Of a DNA stretch of 64,000 bases, positions 1 through 9,107 are shown piece after piece. The notes beneath the pieces were generated by a model that saw only the letters and a list, made by a program, of their open reading frames with translations, was not told the DNA's origin and searched no databases. Numbering within the stretch: position 1 is the first letter of the stretch; every line of letters begins with the position of its first letter. Position numbers and translations under genes: made by a program. Source of the stretch: Minisyncoccota bacterium (GTDB taxonomy: Bacteria > Patescibacteriota > Minisyncoccia > Phycocordibacterales > XYD1-FULL-46-19); the NCBI GenBank assembly GCA_041665625.1, contig JBAYIK010000004.1, forward strand, positions 26,503 through 90,502. The letters are read 5' to 3'.

Positions 1-770
1 CCAGTTGTAAGATTCAGGGAGTAACTTGATCCAGGGTAATCAAAAGAAGCCTTGTTGGTTATTGTGAGGATATTATCTTTAGGCCAAGCAATTGACCACT
101 CAGTTAAGGGTGATGACCAGACTTTCTTAGAACTTTTTATAGACCAGTCGCTTGTATAGAGGTTTGCACTGCCATCTTTTTGTTGTTCTAGATAAGCAAC
201 CTTACTACTACCTGGAGAGACAGCGAGAGATAAGGGGTTGATCCAATTTGTTGTTTTTAGCTCAGAAGGCTCAGTGCTTGAGGCCGAATTCATCTTTAGT
301 TGACCAAGATAGGTAGAAATTTGGCCATTTTTTTCTTGTTTTAAGATAGAGCGCCAACCGCTGGTGTCACTCCCTAGATAAGCCTCACCTATCCCAGGGA
401 GGGTGGTATTGCTTAACCTAGCCATATTGTTCTGATTATCAAGAGAATATAGATTACCGGTTCCTTTCTCGACAAAAATAGTTATTAAATTCTTTCCCAC
501 TACTACAGTACCTATATTGGCAATGCTCATTTGGCTTAGTTCTGGGCGGTTTGGTACCCCCATCGCCGAACTTGGTCCCCCACTAATTGTGGTCGACCCT
601 GTGTTTATTATTTCCCCACCCGTTGTTGAAGCAATAGGGAAAAGTGGTGAGGGGGTGGTCATGGTTGTTGGGGGGAGAGTTGTTTTATTCTGATTGTAGA
701 CAAAGTACCCAATGATTCCCAGTGAGACGATAATAGCAATAACTAAAATTGTAATGATTATTTTTTTCAT
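1..770 (-). CDS. Membrane-anchored/exported protein of the T4SS-pilus locus (partial, runs off left edge)
   Basis: ATG at 770 directly after the pilin stop; reads MKKIIITILVIAIIVSLGIIGYFVYNQ... (N-terminal TM, Thr/Pro linker); absent from the ORF track, presumably because it is truncated by the window edge. Confidence 0.7.
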   Translation of the reverse strand, partial: MKKIIITILVIAIIVSLGIIGYFVYNQNKTTLPPTTMTTPSPLFPIASTTGGEIINTGSTTISGGPSSAMGVPNRPELSQMSIANIGTVVVGKNLITIFVEKGTGNLYSLDNQNNMARLSNTTLPGIGEAYLGSDTSGWRSILKQEKNGQISTYLGQLKMNSASSTEPSELKTTNWINPLSLAVSPGSSKVAYLEQQKDGSANLYTSDWSIKSSKKVWSSPLTEWSIAWPKDNILTITNKASFDYPGSSYSLNLTT

Positions 771-1145
771 TTAATTTAAGAAAGGAATATTTACTAGTAG
801 TTTAGTCGCTAAATCTGGGTTTATTTGGTCTAGAATTAACCAGGAAACGAGAGCGATCCCAACCCCCCAGGCAACCTTAATTATTCGTTCCTTAGCGTTG
901 ATCTTAAGAGAATAGACGTTAGAGAACATGTATTGGGCACCATAGATAACCAAAGCAATAACAGCAGCGAGCATGACGGCAATAAACAAAATAACATAAA
1001 CACTTTGAATATATTCAGTCAGGGTAGTTGGTGTCCCTGAGGCCTTGTTTATTCCCGCTGGCACAGTAACAGATTGCTCTAAAAGAACATAACCTTTGGC
1101 TGGGTCTGCGGCTTGGGCTAAAATAGGATTTTGGTTAGATGGCAT
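771..1145 (-). CDS. VirB2/TrbC-like pilin (CPR T4SS pilin)
   Basis: Two hydrophobic helices with IYGAQYMFS...AKERI...SWLILDQINPDL pattern typical of CPR VirB2-like pilins; T4SS context. Confidence 0.75.
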   Translation of the reverse strand: MPSNQNPILAQAADPAKGYVLLEQSVTVPAGINKASGTPTTLTEYIQSVYVILFIAVMLAAVIALVIYGAQYMFSNVYSLKINAKERIIKVAWGVGIALVSWLILDQINPDLATKLLVNIPFLN

Positions 1146-2151
1146 TGTAAGTTTTTAATAAATTATTACCGAACTTAATGTTAAAACGGTTATTGATGGA
1201 GTTGTTGGTGCTTACCCCACTACTTATTTGTAAGTTGATTTCATTTATTCCTGTTCCCCCACTAGGTTGGCGAACAGTTAGGATATTTGGGGTCTCTGTT
1301 TTTGGAGAGCTGAGGCTGTTAACGCGCCAGGCATAGTTGGCGTTGTCTAAGGAATCTAGTGGCCAGAAAAAAGGAATAGCGATAAAGCGAGCTTCTTCCC
1401 CATATAGTTCATAAGTGTCAACAATTTCCTTTTTATAATTAGTTCCTTCTAGTGGCACCTGCTCGTAGAAGGCAATTTCTGGTTTACTGAGATAAATAAC
1501 AAGACTTTTACTGGCGCGGCTCTTCCCATCGGCGCTTGATATTTTAAGGCTGATCTTGATTTGGCTATCTTTTGGTCCAGTGGAAATAGAGACGATATTC
1601 TTCCCCTTCCCTGAGATTTCCTTATTAAGCGTCTCATCAATATACCAACTATAGATAAGATCGTTGGTTTTTAAGACTTGTCCTAGTTGATTTGTTAGAA
1701 AAGGGGTAGCCAAAACTTTGAGTGAGGCTCCGGCACTGGCGCGAGCCTTACCTTGGTAGAAGGGCGGGGTTAAGGTATTAGCTTGCCAGGAAAAACTAAT
1801 ATCTGACGGTTCAAAATAGAAACTTTTATCAGCCAGATGTCTTTGGTTATAGAAAACAGAGACTTTAATGCGTGTTGGTTTACCTAATTGCCCTAATTGA
1901 AAAGAGTATTTTTTATTACCAATTGAGGAGATCTTAAGGATTCCGTCTTGGTACCAATCATAGCGAGCATTTTCATTATCAAAACCAAATCCAGTTAAAG
2001 AGATAGAGACCATCCCCCCTGGGGCGGGCTCTTGAGGAATAACTTCGGCGACAATATTAGTCCCTGTCCCGGTCTCGGTGACGGCCCAAGCCAATAAGGG
2101 TAGGCAAAGAACCAGGATTAGTAAGTAGAAAGCTTTTTTAAATTGTCTCAT
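1135..2151 (-). CDS. Secreted beta-rich (Ig-like) protein associated with T4SS locus
   Basis: Signal peptide (LPLLAWA), repeated Y-x-W motifs (YDWY, YSWY, YAWR). Confidence 0.6.
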   Translation of the reverse strand: MRQFKKAFYLLILVLCLPLLAWAVTETGTGTNIVAEVIPQEPAPGGMVSISLTGFGFDNENARYDWYQDGILKISSIGNKKYSFQLGQLGKPTRIKVSVFYNQRHLADKSFYFEPSDISFSWQANTLTPPFYQGKARASAGASLKVLATPFLTNQLGQVLKTNDLIYSWYIDETLNKEISGKGKNIVSISTGPKDSQIKISLKISSADGKSRASKSLVIYLSKPEIAFYEQVPLEGTNYKKEIVDTYELYGEEARFIAIPFFWPLDSLDNANYAWRVNSLSSPKTETPNILTVRQPSGGTGINEINLQISSGVSTNNSINNRFNIKFGNNLLKTYNAI

Positions 2152-2169
2152 TTCCTCTAATTATAATAC

Positions 2170-3063
2170 TTAAATGGCGATTGGCCAATCATCCGGTTTC
2201 TCCTCTTCTTTTTCGGCTGGGACCAACCCCCCGGTTTTTTGGTCGAATTCAACATAGGCGTCATTAGGGGTTGAGACTTTATATTCTTTTGCCTCTGGCT
2301 CCCTGAGTGACTTTAGATATTCATCACTTAGTTTTTTTGTCCCATCGGGATTTGTCTCTTCTGAAGCCTTCGCTATTTGTCGAGTTCGCCTAAAGCTCTC
2401 AGCTCTCTTCACTCCGTCATTGATAGCAGCTTTTTTGGTGGGTCGGTCTTGGTTATCACTCTCCCTGATGATCTTCTTGGCTTCACTAATTATTTTTTCT
2501 GAACGAATGTTTAAAGTCCCTTTACTTGAATATGCCCCTTCTCCTTCCTCGTCTATTAAGTCTATATTGTTGTTTAGGGCCTCCATTTCTTCATAAGTTA
2601 GCTGCCCCAATATAGCAAGCTTCTTTTCGGCTTTCCTCATTCTTCTTTTTGTTAGGTACCAGGCGTAGAAGATTGTAGAAATGTTGCCTGGGACGAGAAC
2701 GATATCAACATAAGGAATAAAAGCAATTAATCCGTTTAATACCCAAAAGGTGATCTTCATTTTTTTATTAAAGAGTAAGCCCTTTTTGGTAAACATAAAA
2801 ATATAGATTCCCCCACTTACAACAAGGGCAATAGCATCCCCAAAGATGGGGATGAGGCCAATTAAATCCTTGGCTAACGTTAAGGTTATGATGGCAGAGA
2901 AGGCAACATTCGCATGTCCAGCCGAAACCAGGCCATTTAACTTTTTAGCTAATTTCTCGGAGGACTCTTTTACATTAATCTTTATTCTGATATTAGACTC
3001 CTTCCCGCCGCTAGGAGACTCATCTCCAACGAGCTCATTTGCTAGGTCTCCAAATGTTGACAT
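2170..3063 (-). CDS. Hypothetical membrane protein with charged C-terminal tail
   Basis: 297-aa ORF with 3-4 hydrophobic segments (LIGLIPIFGD, FIPYVDIV). Confidence 0.6.
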   Translation of the reverse strand: MSTFGDLANELVGDESPSGGKESNIRIKINVKESSEKLAKKLNGLVSAGHANVAFSAIITLTLAKDLIGLIPIFGDAIALVVSGGIYIFMFTKKGLLFNKKMKITFWVLNGLIAFIPYVDIVLVPGNISTIFYAWYLTKRRMRKAEKKLAILGQLTYEEMEALNNNIDLIDEEGEGAYSSKGTLNIRSEKIISEAKKIIRESDNQDRPTKKAAINDGVKRAESFRRTRQIAKASEETNPDGTKKLSDEYLKSLREPEAKEYKVSTPNDAYVEFDQKTGGLVPAEKEEEKPDDWPIAI

Positions 3064-3076
3064 CTTTCTTTATTTT

Positions 3077-4900
3077 TTAGGCTTGTTCCCCCTGCTTTGC
3101 TGCCTGGAATTCGGCCTTAGCCTTCTTGATGGCTAAAATTTGCGATGGGTCAGAAGTGATAATTTGTTCCTCAGTATAAGAAGCTTCAATCCTAATCTCG
3201 ACACGCTTAAGGCCGGCAATAAAGATGCCATTACCAATTGGTGATTCTAGTAAGAAATACTTTTCTTCGTCGGTCAGGTTGAAGATTTGCTGAACTTGGT
3301 CAATAGAGGCTGGAGATTGTTTAAGTAGGATCTGAATTGAGGAGTTGGTGATGATAGGCATGCCGTATTGGGACTTAATGAAGTCGCCAACGTCTTGGGT
3401 GATGGTTGCAACGCCGAGATAATACTTACGACCTCTTTTAACAAGAGCATAGAGGAAGGAGGCGGTATCATCAGCCTTCATCATCCACCAGGCCTCATCG
3501 ACGACGAGGAGTCTCTTTTTAAGATTACGACGAACCGCATTCCAGATGTGGTGCATGACAATATACATAGCTACAGGTTTGAGTTCATCTTCCATGTCGC
3601 GGATAGAGAAAACAACGAATTTCTTGTTGATATCAACGTTGGTGGGTTTATTGAGAAATCCGGCCCAGGTGCCTTGGGTATATTTGAGCAATCTCTGAGC
3701 CAGGGACTCCCCTCCTTCCATTCCGGCTAAGACTAGTTCGAGGTCAGATAAAAGTGGCGCAGGCTTGTTGGTGAAGTCGGTGTCGGGGGTGATATCTTTA
3801 AGAGCATAAGTCTCAGAGATGGCGTTATCAAGGATAGAATCTTCCTCTGGGCTAAGGCCCCCAAGCATGATACGGAAGAGCCCAACCAGGTTGATGATGT
3901 TAGAACGTAAAACATCTGAAGGAGACTCGTCTTCTCGAGCAAAGGGTAAGTCAAAGGGGTTAATATGGTGCTCAGAGGTTAAAGAAATATTAAAATAACG
4001 TCCGCCGACTGCTTCGGCCAAGAATTCATACTCTCGTTCTGGGTCGATGACAATAACATCAATATCAAACATGAGGCTCCGCAGAATCTCTAGTTTAGTA
4101 GCAAAAGATTTTCCTGATCCGGATTTAGCAAAGATGACTGAGTTGTAGTTCTCTAGAGAAAAACGGTCAAAGATGACCAAGGAAGAGTTGTGCATGTTGC
4201 GGCCATAGAGAATCCCTTTATTTGAGGTGAGGTCAAAGGAGACAAAGGGGAAGATACTAGAGAGCGGAGTAGAGTTAATTCGGGTATTCACTTCTAATAG
4301 ATCGGTGGCAAAAGGAATAACGCTCTTGAAACCCTCAGCTTGTTGGAAAAGTGCCGTCTTAAGGTAAATCAATTTAGCATCTAAGATCGATCGGATATCA
4401 CCCTCGGTTTTCTCAAGTTCCTCCTCGGTATTACCATATAGAGTAACATAGAGGCCAACGCTAAACATTTTTTCTGTTGCTTGCATTAATTGGTCACGTA
4501 GATTCTCGATGTCGGCTTGAGCAGTATCAAGCATTGGATCACGAACCATCCCCTTCTCTTCCCTTGTTATTATCTGACTCTCAACCTCGGCAATTTTTTT
4601 CTGTAAGGTACGAAGAGTGACCGTTGTGTCTAAAGGGTGAACAAAAATAGAAATATCAAAGACGCTATCAAGGTTAATAATCGGAGAAAACCATTCCTCA
4701 CTTAAGAATCGGGGGTAAGAAATAACAAAGAGTGTTCGGGCTATTTTTTCACCCAGGTCAAGACTCTTCGGTGTTATACGTAGAGCGGATGGTGAAATAA
4801 TATCACGCAACTCAAGGACCCCTACTTGATAAATATCCTGGGGGAGAAGAGGAATCAGGTTCTCTTTCTTCTTGTTGCTGCTAAAAAAGGGTATATCCAT
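3077..4900 (-). CDS. virB4: VirB4-like T4SS ATPase
   Basis: Walker A AKSGSGKS, VIDPEREY, Walker B VVDEAW, RKY, ITQ motifs; downstream of PrgI-like gene. Confidence 0.9.
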   Translation of the reverse strand: MDIPFFSSNKKKENLIPLLPQDIYQVGVLELRDIISPSALRITPKSLDLGEKIARTLFVISYPRFLSEEWFSPIINLDSVFDISIFVHPLDTTVTLRTLQKKIAEVESQIITREEKGMVRDPMLDTAQADIENLRDQLMQATEKMFSVGLYVTLYGNTEEELEKTEGDIRSILDAKLIYLKTALFQQAEGFKSVIPFATDLLEVNTRINSTPLSSIFPFVSFDLTSNKGILYGRNMHNSSLVIFDRFSLENYNSVIFAKSGSGKSFATKLEILRSLMFDIDVIVIDPEREYEFLAEAVGGRYFNISLTSEHHINPFDLPFAREDESPSDVLRSNIINLVGLFRIMLGGLSPEEDSILDNAISETYALKDITPDTDFTNKPAPLLSDLELVLAGMEGGESLAQRLLKYTQGTWAGFLNKPTNVDINKKFVVFSIRDMEDELKPVAMYIVMHHIWNAVRRNLKKRLLVVDEAWWMMKADDTASFLYALVKRGRKYYLGVATITQDVGDFIKSQYGMPIITNSSIQILLKQSPASIDQVQQIFNLTDEEKYFLLESPIGNGIFIAGLKRVEIRIEASYTEEQIITSDPSQILAIKKAKAEFQAAKQGEQA

Positions 4901-4901
4901 A

Positions 4902-5579
4902 TTATTTATTTAAATCTTCTTTGGCGCTATCAATAGTTGGTGTCTCGTTTTCCCCTGGGTTAAAAATCTTGAAATAGATTTCGATCAATTCCTCTGTGCC
5001 AAGGATCTCGCTTCGGAGCCCAACACGATTTAGTCCACTTTTGACAACATTAATGCGTTGATTTAATTGCTCTAGATTCTCCTCAAAGCTACTCATGGCT
5101 TGTGTTTTATTGCCTTTAGCCTTTTTTTGACCCAAGAGGCCACTAAGGAACCCTCCTCCCCCACCTTGGATGAAGGCCGGCTCATAAGGGACGACAACAA
5201 AGAAGCTTTTGGTCATGACGTTATGGCTCTCAGTGAAAAATTTTATGTACTCGATATACTCTTTAATCTGTATCTTGAGTAGTTCATTGGTTTGCTCATT
5301 CATTCTTTCGGCGAGGGTCGCGAGGTATGGTTTGATATCAAGACGACGGGACTGGATAAAAATTTGAAAGGTGAAATCCACAGAGTTAAGGAAATTTTGG
5401 AAAGCCCCAATAATAGCTGTTTTCTCGTCAATAGATTTGAGGCCAAAGTTGACGGAAGAGACCATAATTATCGCCCGCAAGGATCCATCCTTGAGAACGA
5501 CGGTCCCATTCTTAATCTCCTTGATAGGGACGAAGTCTTGAGAGGCGCTACTTTGTTTGGTTAAGTCATTAAGATTCAT
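4902..5579 (-). CDS. VirB4 N-terminal-like/TraC-like T4SS protein (start uncertain)
   Basis: SQDFVPIKEI..G.VVLKDG..RAII.VSSVNF.LKS pattern; between prgI and virB4; ORF track start 5615, ATG at 5579 overlaps prgI end less. Confidence 0.75.
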   Translation of the reverse strand: MNLNDLTKQSSASQDFVPIKEIKNGTVVLKDGSLRAIIMVSSVNFGLKSIDEKTAIIGAFQNFLNSVDFTFQIFIQSRRLDIKPYLATLAERMNEQTNELLKIQIKEYIEYIKFFTESHNVMTKSFFVVVPYEPAFIQGGGGGFLSGLLGQKKAKGNKTQAMSSFEENLEQLNQRINVVKSGLNRVGLRSEILGTEELIEIYFKIFNPGENETPTIDSAKEDLNK

Positions 5580-6003
5580 ATTCTTCTTTGTTTTCTGGGT
5601 TTCCTTGGACATCAAGACTCCAAGAAAGATCTTTTAATTTACTCGCTGAGAGTCTTGGTAGATTTGCTCCCTCTGGTCCAGCCATCACCTTACTAACAAC
5701 CTCAGTTTTCTTAATATCTGTGCCCGCACCCTGTTTCCATAAATATAATTTCTTGGTGAAGACATATTTGATGAAGGATTCGAGGATGAAGATAAAGCTA
5801 CGGCCGTTATATTTATAGAAAGCGAGAGAGACTACCAGGCCCCCGGTTCCAAGGATGAGAAAGATAGAGATAAAAAAGGGCAGATAAACATACCAAATGA
5901 AGCAAAGACCTGCTCCCCCGGCTAAGTAAAGGAATTGTTTGAAAGTGAGAGGACCAAAAATGGTATCCTCCATCTCAATAAATTGTGGGACCTGAAATTG
6001 CAT
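5569..6003 (-). CDS. PrgI family (VirB3-like) protein
   Basis: MQFQVPQFIEMED.IFGPLTFKQF N-terminus plus two TM helices. Confidence 0.85.
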   Translation of the reverse strand: MQFQVPQFIEMEDTIFGPLTFKQFLYLAGGAGLCFIWYVYLPFFISIFLILGTGGLVVSLAFYKYNGRSFIFILESFIKYVFTKKLYLWKQGAGTDIKKTEVVSKVMAGPEGANLPRLSASKLKDLSWSLDVQGNPENKEEYES

Positions 6004-6023
6004 TGCTAGTTTTAGCTTGGGGA

Positions 6024-6485
6024 CTAGACGATGGGTTCACGATAAGGATCACGTGCCGGTTTACCGCTCGTTTCCTTGTTCTCATTATCCCCTGTTTGCG
6101 TCTTAACTTCAACTTCTTGTTTGGGGACATTCACTACTCCGCCCATCTTTTGGTCGAAAATCTGCTGAGGTGAGCTCATTTTTTCAATTTCACCTCTGAT
6201 TTTAGAAAAAATTTCTTGGTTGAGGTCATAAGTAATGAGGTTGGCGATGTCTTCAGAAAGACCAAGATACTTACGGAGGTTATAGTTAAAGTTAGTGTTT
6301 CTTTCTAGTCCATGGAGGACAAGTGATACCTCTTCATTAAGAATACTAAGTTGGTCAATATGGAGGTTGTATTTCTTACCAATATCAAGGATTTTATCAA
6401 TTGTTTCTTCGGACCCCATAAAATCCTGAACAACTTTGGGTAGTTGTTGATATTGAGCGCGCATTTGTTCTTTGGTGTATCTCAT
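6024..6485 (-). CDS. Conserved CPR hypothetical protein
   Basis: LP..VQ..M.S...IGKKYNLHIDQ pattern and C-terminal DPYREP; co-oriented in the T4SS operon. Confidence 0.65.
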   Translation of the reverse strand: MRYTKEQMRAQYQQLPKVVQDFMGSEETIDKILDIGKKYNLHIDQLSILNEEVSLVLHGLERNTNFNYNLRKYLGLSEDIANLITYDLNQEIFSKIRGEIEKMSSPQQIFDQKMGGVVNVPKQEVEVKTQTGDNENKETSGKPARDPYREPIV

Positions 6486-6501
6486 TTGTTTTATTTTTTA
6501 G

Positions 6502-9102
6502 TTAGAAGCCAGAGCCATTACCCTCGAAGTAGGCTTTTAGTCTTTGTAATTCCTTAGGTAGCGTCCCTGTTGAGCTACTGATGGCTCTCTCGATTTTCTC
6601 TCTTATTGCATCCTTCTCTGACTGCTGGAAGGAGGCAGAACCACGTATTGCTTGTAATTGTTCTGTTGTTAGTTTGGTTGCAATATTTTGATAGGCCAAG
6701 CTGCCTGGGTCAAGGTCCGTGATGTGCTCAGGGCGTATATTTCTTATGTCACTATCACTAATACTTGCCCCTTGGCCATCCTTGAACATTTGTTGGACCT
6801 TGGCCAAAGCGGCTTCAGACTGAGCAGTTCTTGTTTGTTTAGACTCCTCTCTCTTTGTTTCCTCTTTGTCTCTTCCAACTAAGGCCTCTTTTATTGTCTT
6901 CACCCTAAGCTTAAGGGTTGCATCGCCGGCAATATCTTTTTCTAGCTCTATCCTCTCGGCTGGGGTGAGTTTTTTGTACACAGCACTTAGGTCCCCATCA
7001 GAGAGAGAGGAGAGAGCGAGAGCTTTGTCTCCTCCCTTGCTACTCTTTACCATCTCAGCGGCGATATCTTGAGCCTTCTTTCCTGATAGCTTTCCTCTGT
7101 TCTGGGCCATACGATCAGCAACCATTTGAGCCCCCTTCTTAGCGCCGGCAGTAGCATTTGGATCAGCCAAGATTTTACGGGCAGCCAGTTCAACCTTCAC
7201 ACTCTCATTACCCATGTTGTTGTAAATATAATCGAACTCCTCCTTACCTCTGAAGCCGGCAAGACCTTCGACGAAGCGGGATTTTTGCTCGTCGGTCTCA
7301 AGGTTCTTGACATCACTTAAGATACTCTTAGCTCTTTCGTCAACACTAAATGGCTGGACCCCAAGGGCCGAAGTGAGAGGGTTCCTGATGGCCTGGCCGG
7401 CACGTTTGCCATATTCACTCTCTCGAGCCGTTCTTAAGACTCCAGTATCCCAGCTACGGCGAACAAGGCGAAGCCCACCTTCATTCCAACTCTTAGCGGC
7501 AGCTTTTCCAACAGATGAACCAGCAATTCCTGCTCCCACTCGGTTGGCCAGACGTCCCCCGTAACGACTAAGAGGGCGGCTGAGCATCTGCCTTGCTTTA
7601 GAGGCAAAACCGGGAGTGGCTTCGGCCCCGACTTCACTGACCTTTTGGGCGATGAAGATACAAGAAACAATTAGGCCAAGAATAATAATATTGACGACAA
7701 CGAGTGTCCCTGACCCTCCTCCCGCAATTGCCCAACCAGATGTCCCAGAGGTTCCCCCGACATCGGATATCCCCCCTTTTCCTAAGAGCATAAAGACAAG
7801 GTAAAGTGGGATGAGAAAGGCGGGGGCGAAGAATGACTGTTTAACAAGCTCGTTCATCCAGGACTTGAAATAATTAAATTTAGTCCCAGGGATTATTTGA
7901 GACATAAAGGCAAATGGAGAAACTATATATATGAATAATAAAACAACTGTTCTTATTATGAATAGAAAAGCAGCAATAAGAAGAACTATCGCTGTCGCCA
8001 GGAAGATAAAAATATTGCCAAAAGTTTGTCCAATAATACTCAAGAAACTAAGGCGATTTATTTTGGGCTCAATAATGACAGAAGAATCAATATTTCCGTC
8101 GCCAGTAGCGTTGGTTACATAAAGCTTGTCGAGCATTAATTTTTTCACGAGCTCTGTCCCAATAGTTTTGAACTCCATACCTGCACCACCCATCGATTGA
8201 TAGAATTCATAGGCGATAATATTTGATGTGTCGACAACAACCCTAACGAAGAAACCACTAAAATTGACCAGAAGGGCAACAATGACCACATTTGTGATCA
8301 TCTTTTTAGGATCACTAATACCCTTAAGGTCAAAAATTGTTCCGATGGCTATATAAAGAAGGATAAAGACAAAAAAGAGGTTAGAAAAATCACGGACGAG
8401 TTTCCAGGCAGAACTTACGGCATCTGCTTGGAACCAGGTTGTGACCATGGTTATAGACATGTAGACAGAGACATCAAAAATTTTACTGGCTAACCATAAA
8501 ACTAAAACAAAGAGCCAGGAGACAAGATTCCCTGTCCAACCCACCGTTCTCATTAGGCAGTTACCTATATTAATTCCGCCACTAACAGTAAAACAAGAAG
8601 CGTTGTCTATGGCTCCCTCTAGTTTTGTCTCGTTTAACATTTTAACGAGGTTGGCTTTACGATCTTTAACAATCTGGTCATATCTTGCTTGAGCAGCCTT
8701 CTTCTCGGCTGGGGTCTTGGCGTTTTGCAGCATAACACTCTGCAATTGTTGTTCCCCACTGTTTATAATTTCTTTAGCCCTTTTAATGGCCGAGTTGTTT
8801 TTTGTAATGCTGTTCTCCGCTTCTTTTATGCTGTTTCTTATTGAATCGTCTATTATCCACCAATGATTCTGTTTCTGAAGATCTTCAATCGTCTTTCTTT
8901 GTCCAACGTTAGCTGCCTCCATGTTATCAATAATTTGTTGCTGTCTTGGTATCTCGGTATTCAGATAAGTAATCCACTGCTCCTCAGTAACAGCCGCCCT
9001 CATTGTTGTTGGTAGAGCCCCAAATAAGACAAATATAAAGGCTAAAGCAGTAAAAATTGCTTTTCTAAAAAATACTTTATTATCTACTAAGGAAGAAAAC
9101 AT
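6502..9102 (-). CDS. VirB6/TrbL-like polytopic T4SS membrane protein with long hydrophilic N- and C-terminal extensions
   Basis: W..VRD..N.FF.FILLYIAI..I, ALLVNFS, R...L....I.SP.AF motifs; multiple TM helices. Confidence 0.8.
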   Translation of the reverse strand: MFSSLVDNKVFFRKAIFTALAFIFVLFGALPTTMRAAVTEEQWITYLNTEIPRQQQIIDNMEAANVGQRKTIEDLQKQNHWWIIDDSIRNSIKEAENSITKNNSAIKRAKEIINSGEQQLQSVMLQNAKTPAEKKAAQARYDQIVKDRKANLVKMLNETKLEGAIDNASCFTVSGGINIGNCLMRTVGWTGNLVSWLFVLVLWLASKIFDVSVYMSITMVTTWFQADAVSSAWKLVRDFSNLFFVFILLYIAIGTIFDLKGISDPKKMITNVVIVALLVNFSGFFVRVVVDTSNIIAYEFYQSMGGAGMEFKTIGTELVKKLMLDKLYVTNATGDGNIDSSVIIEPKINRLSFLSIIGQTFGNIFIFLATAIVLLIAAFLFIIRTVVLLFIYIVSPFAFMSQIIPGTKFNYFKSWMNELVKQSFFAPAFLIPLYLVFMLLGKGGISDVGGTSGTSGWAIAGGGSGTLVVVNIIILGLIVSCIFIAQKVSEVGAEATPGFASKARQMLSRPLSRYGGRLANRVGAGIAGSSVGKAAAKSWNEGGLRLVRRSWDTGVLRTARESEYGKRAGQAIRNPLTSALGVQPFSVDERAKSILSDVKNLETDEQKSRFVEGLAGFRGKEEFDYIYNNMGNESVKVELAARKILADPNATAGAKKGAQMVADRMAQNRGKLSGKKAQDIAAEMVKSSKGGDKALALSSLSDGDLSAVYKKLTPAERIELEKDIAGDATLKLRVKTIKEALVGRDKEETKREESKQTRTAQSEAALAKVQQMFKDGQGASISDSDIRNIRPEHITDLDPGSLAYQNIATKLTTEQLQAIRGSASFQQSEKDAIREKIERAISSSTGTLPKELQRLKAYFEGNGSGF

Positions 9103-9107
9103 TTTAA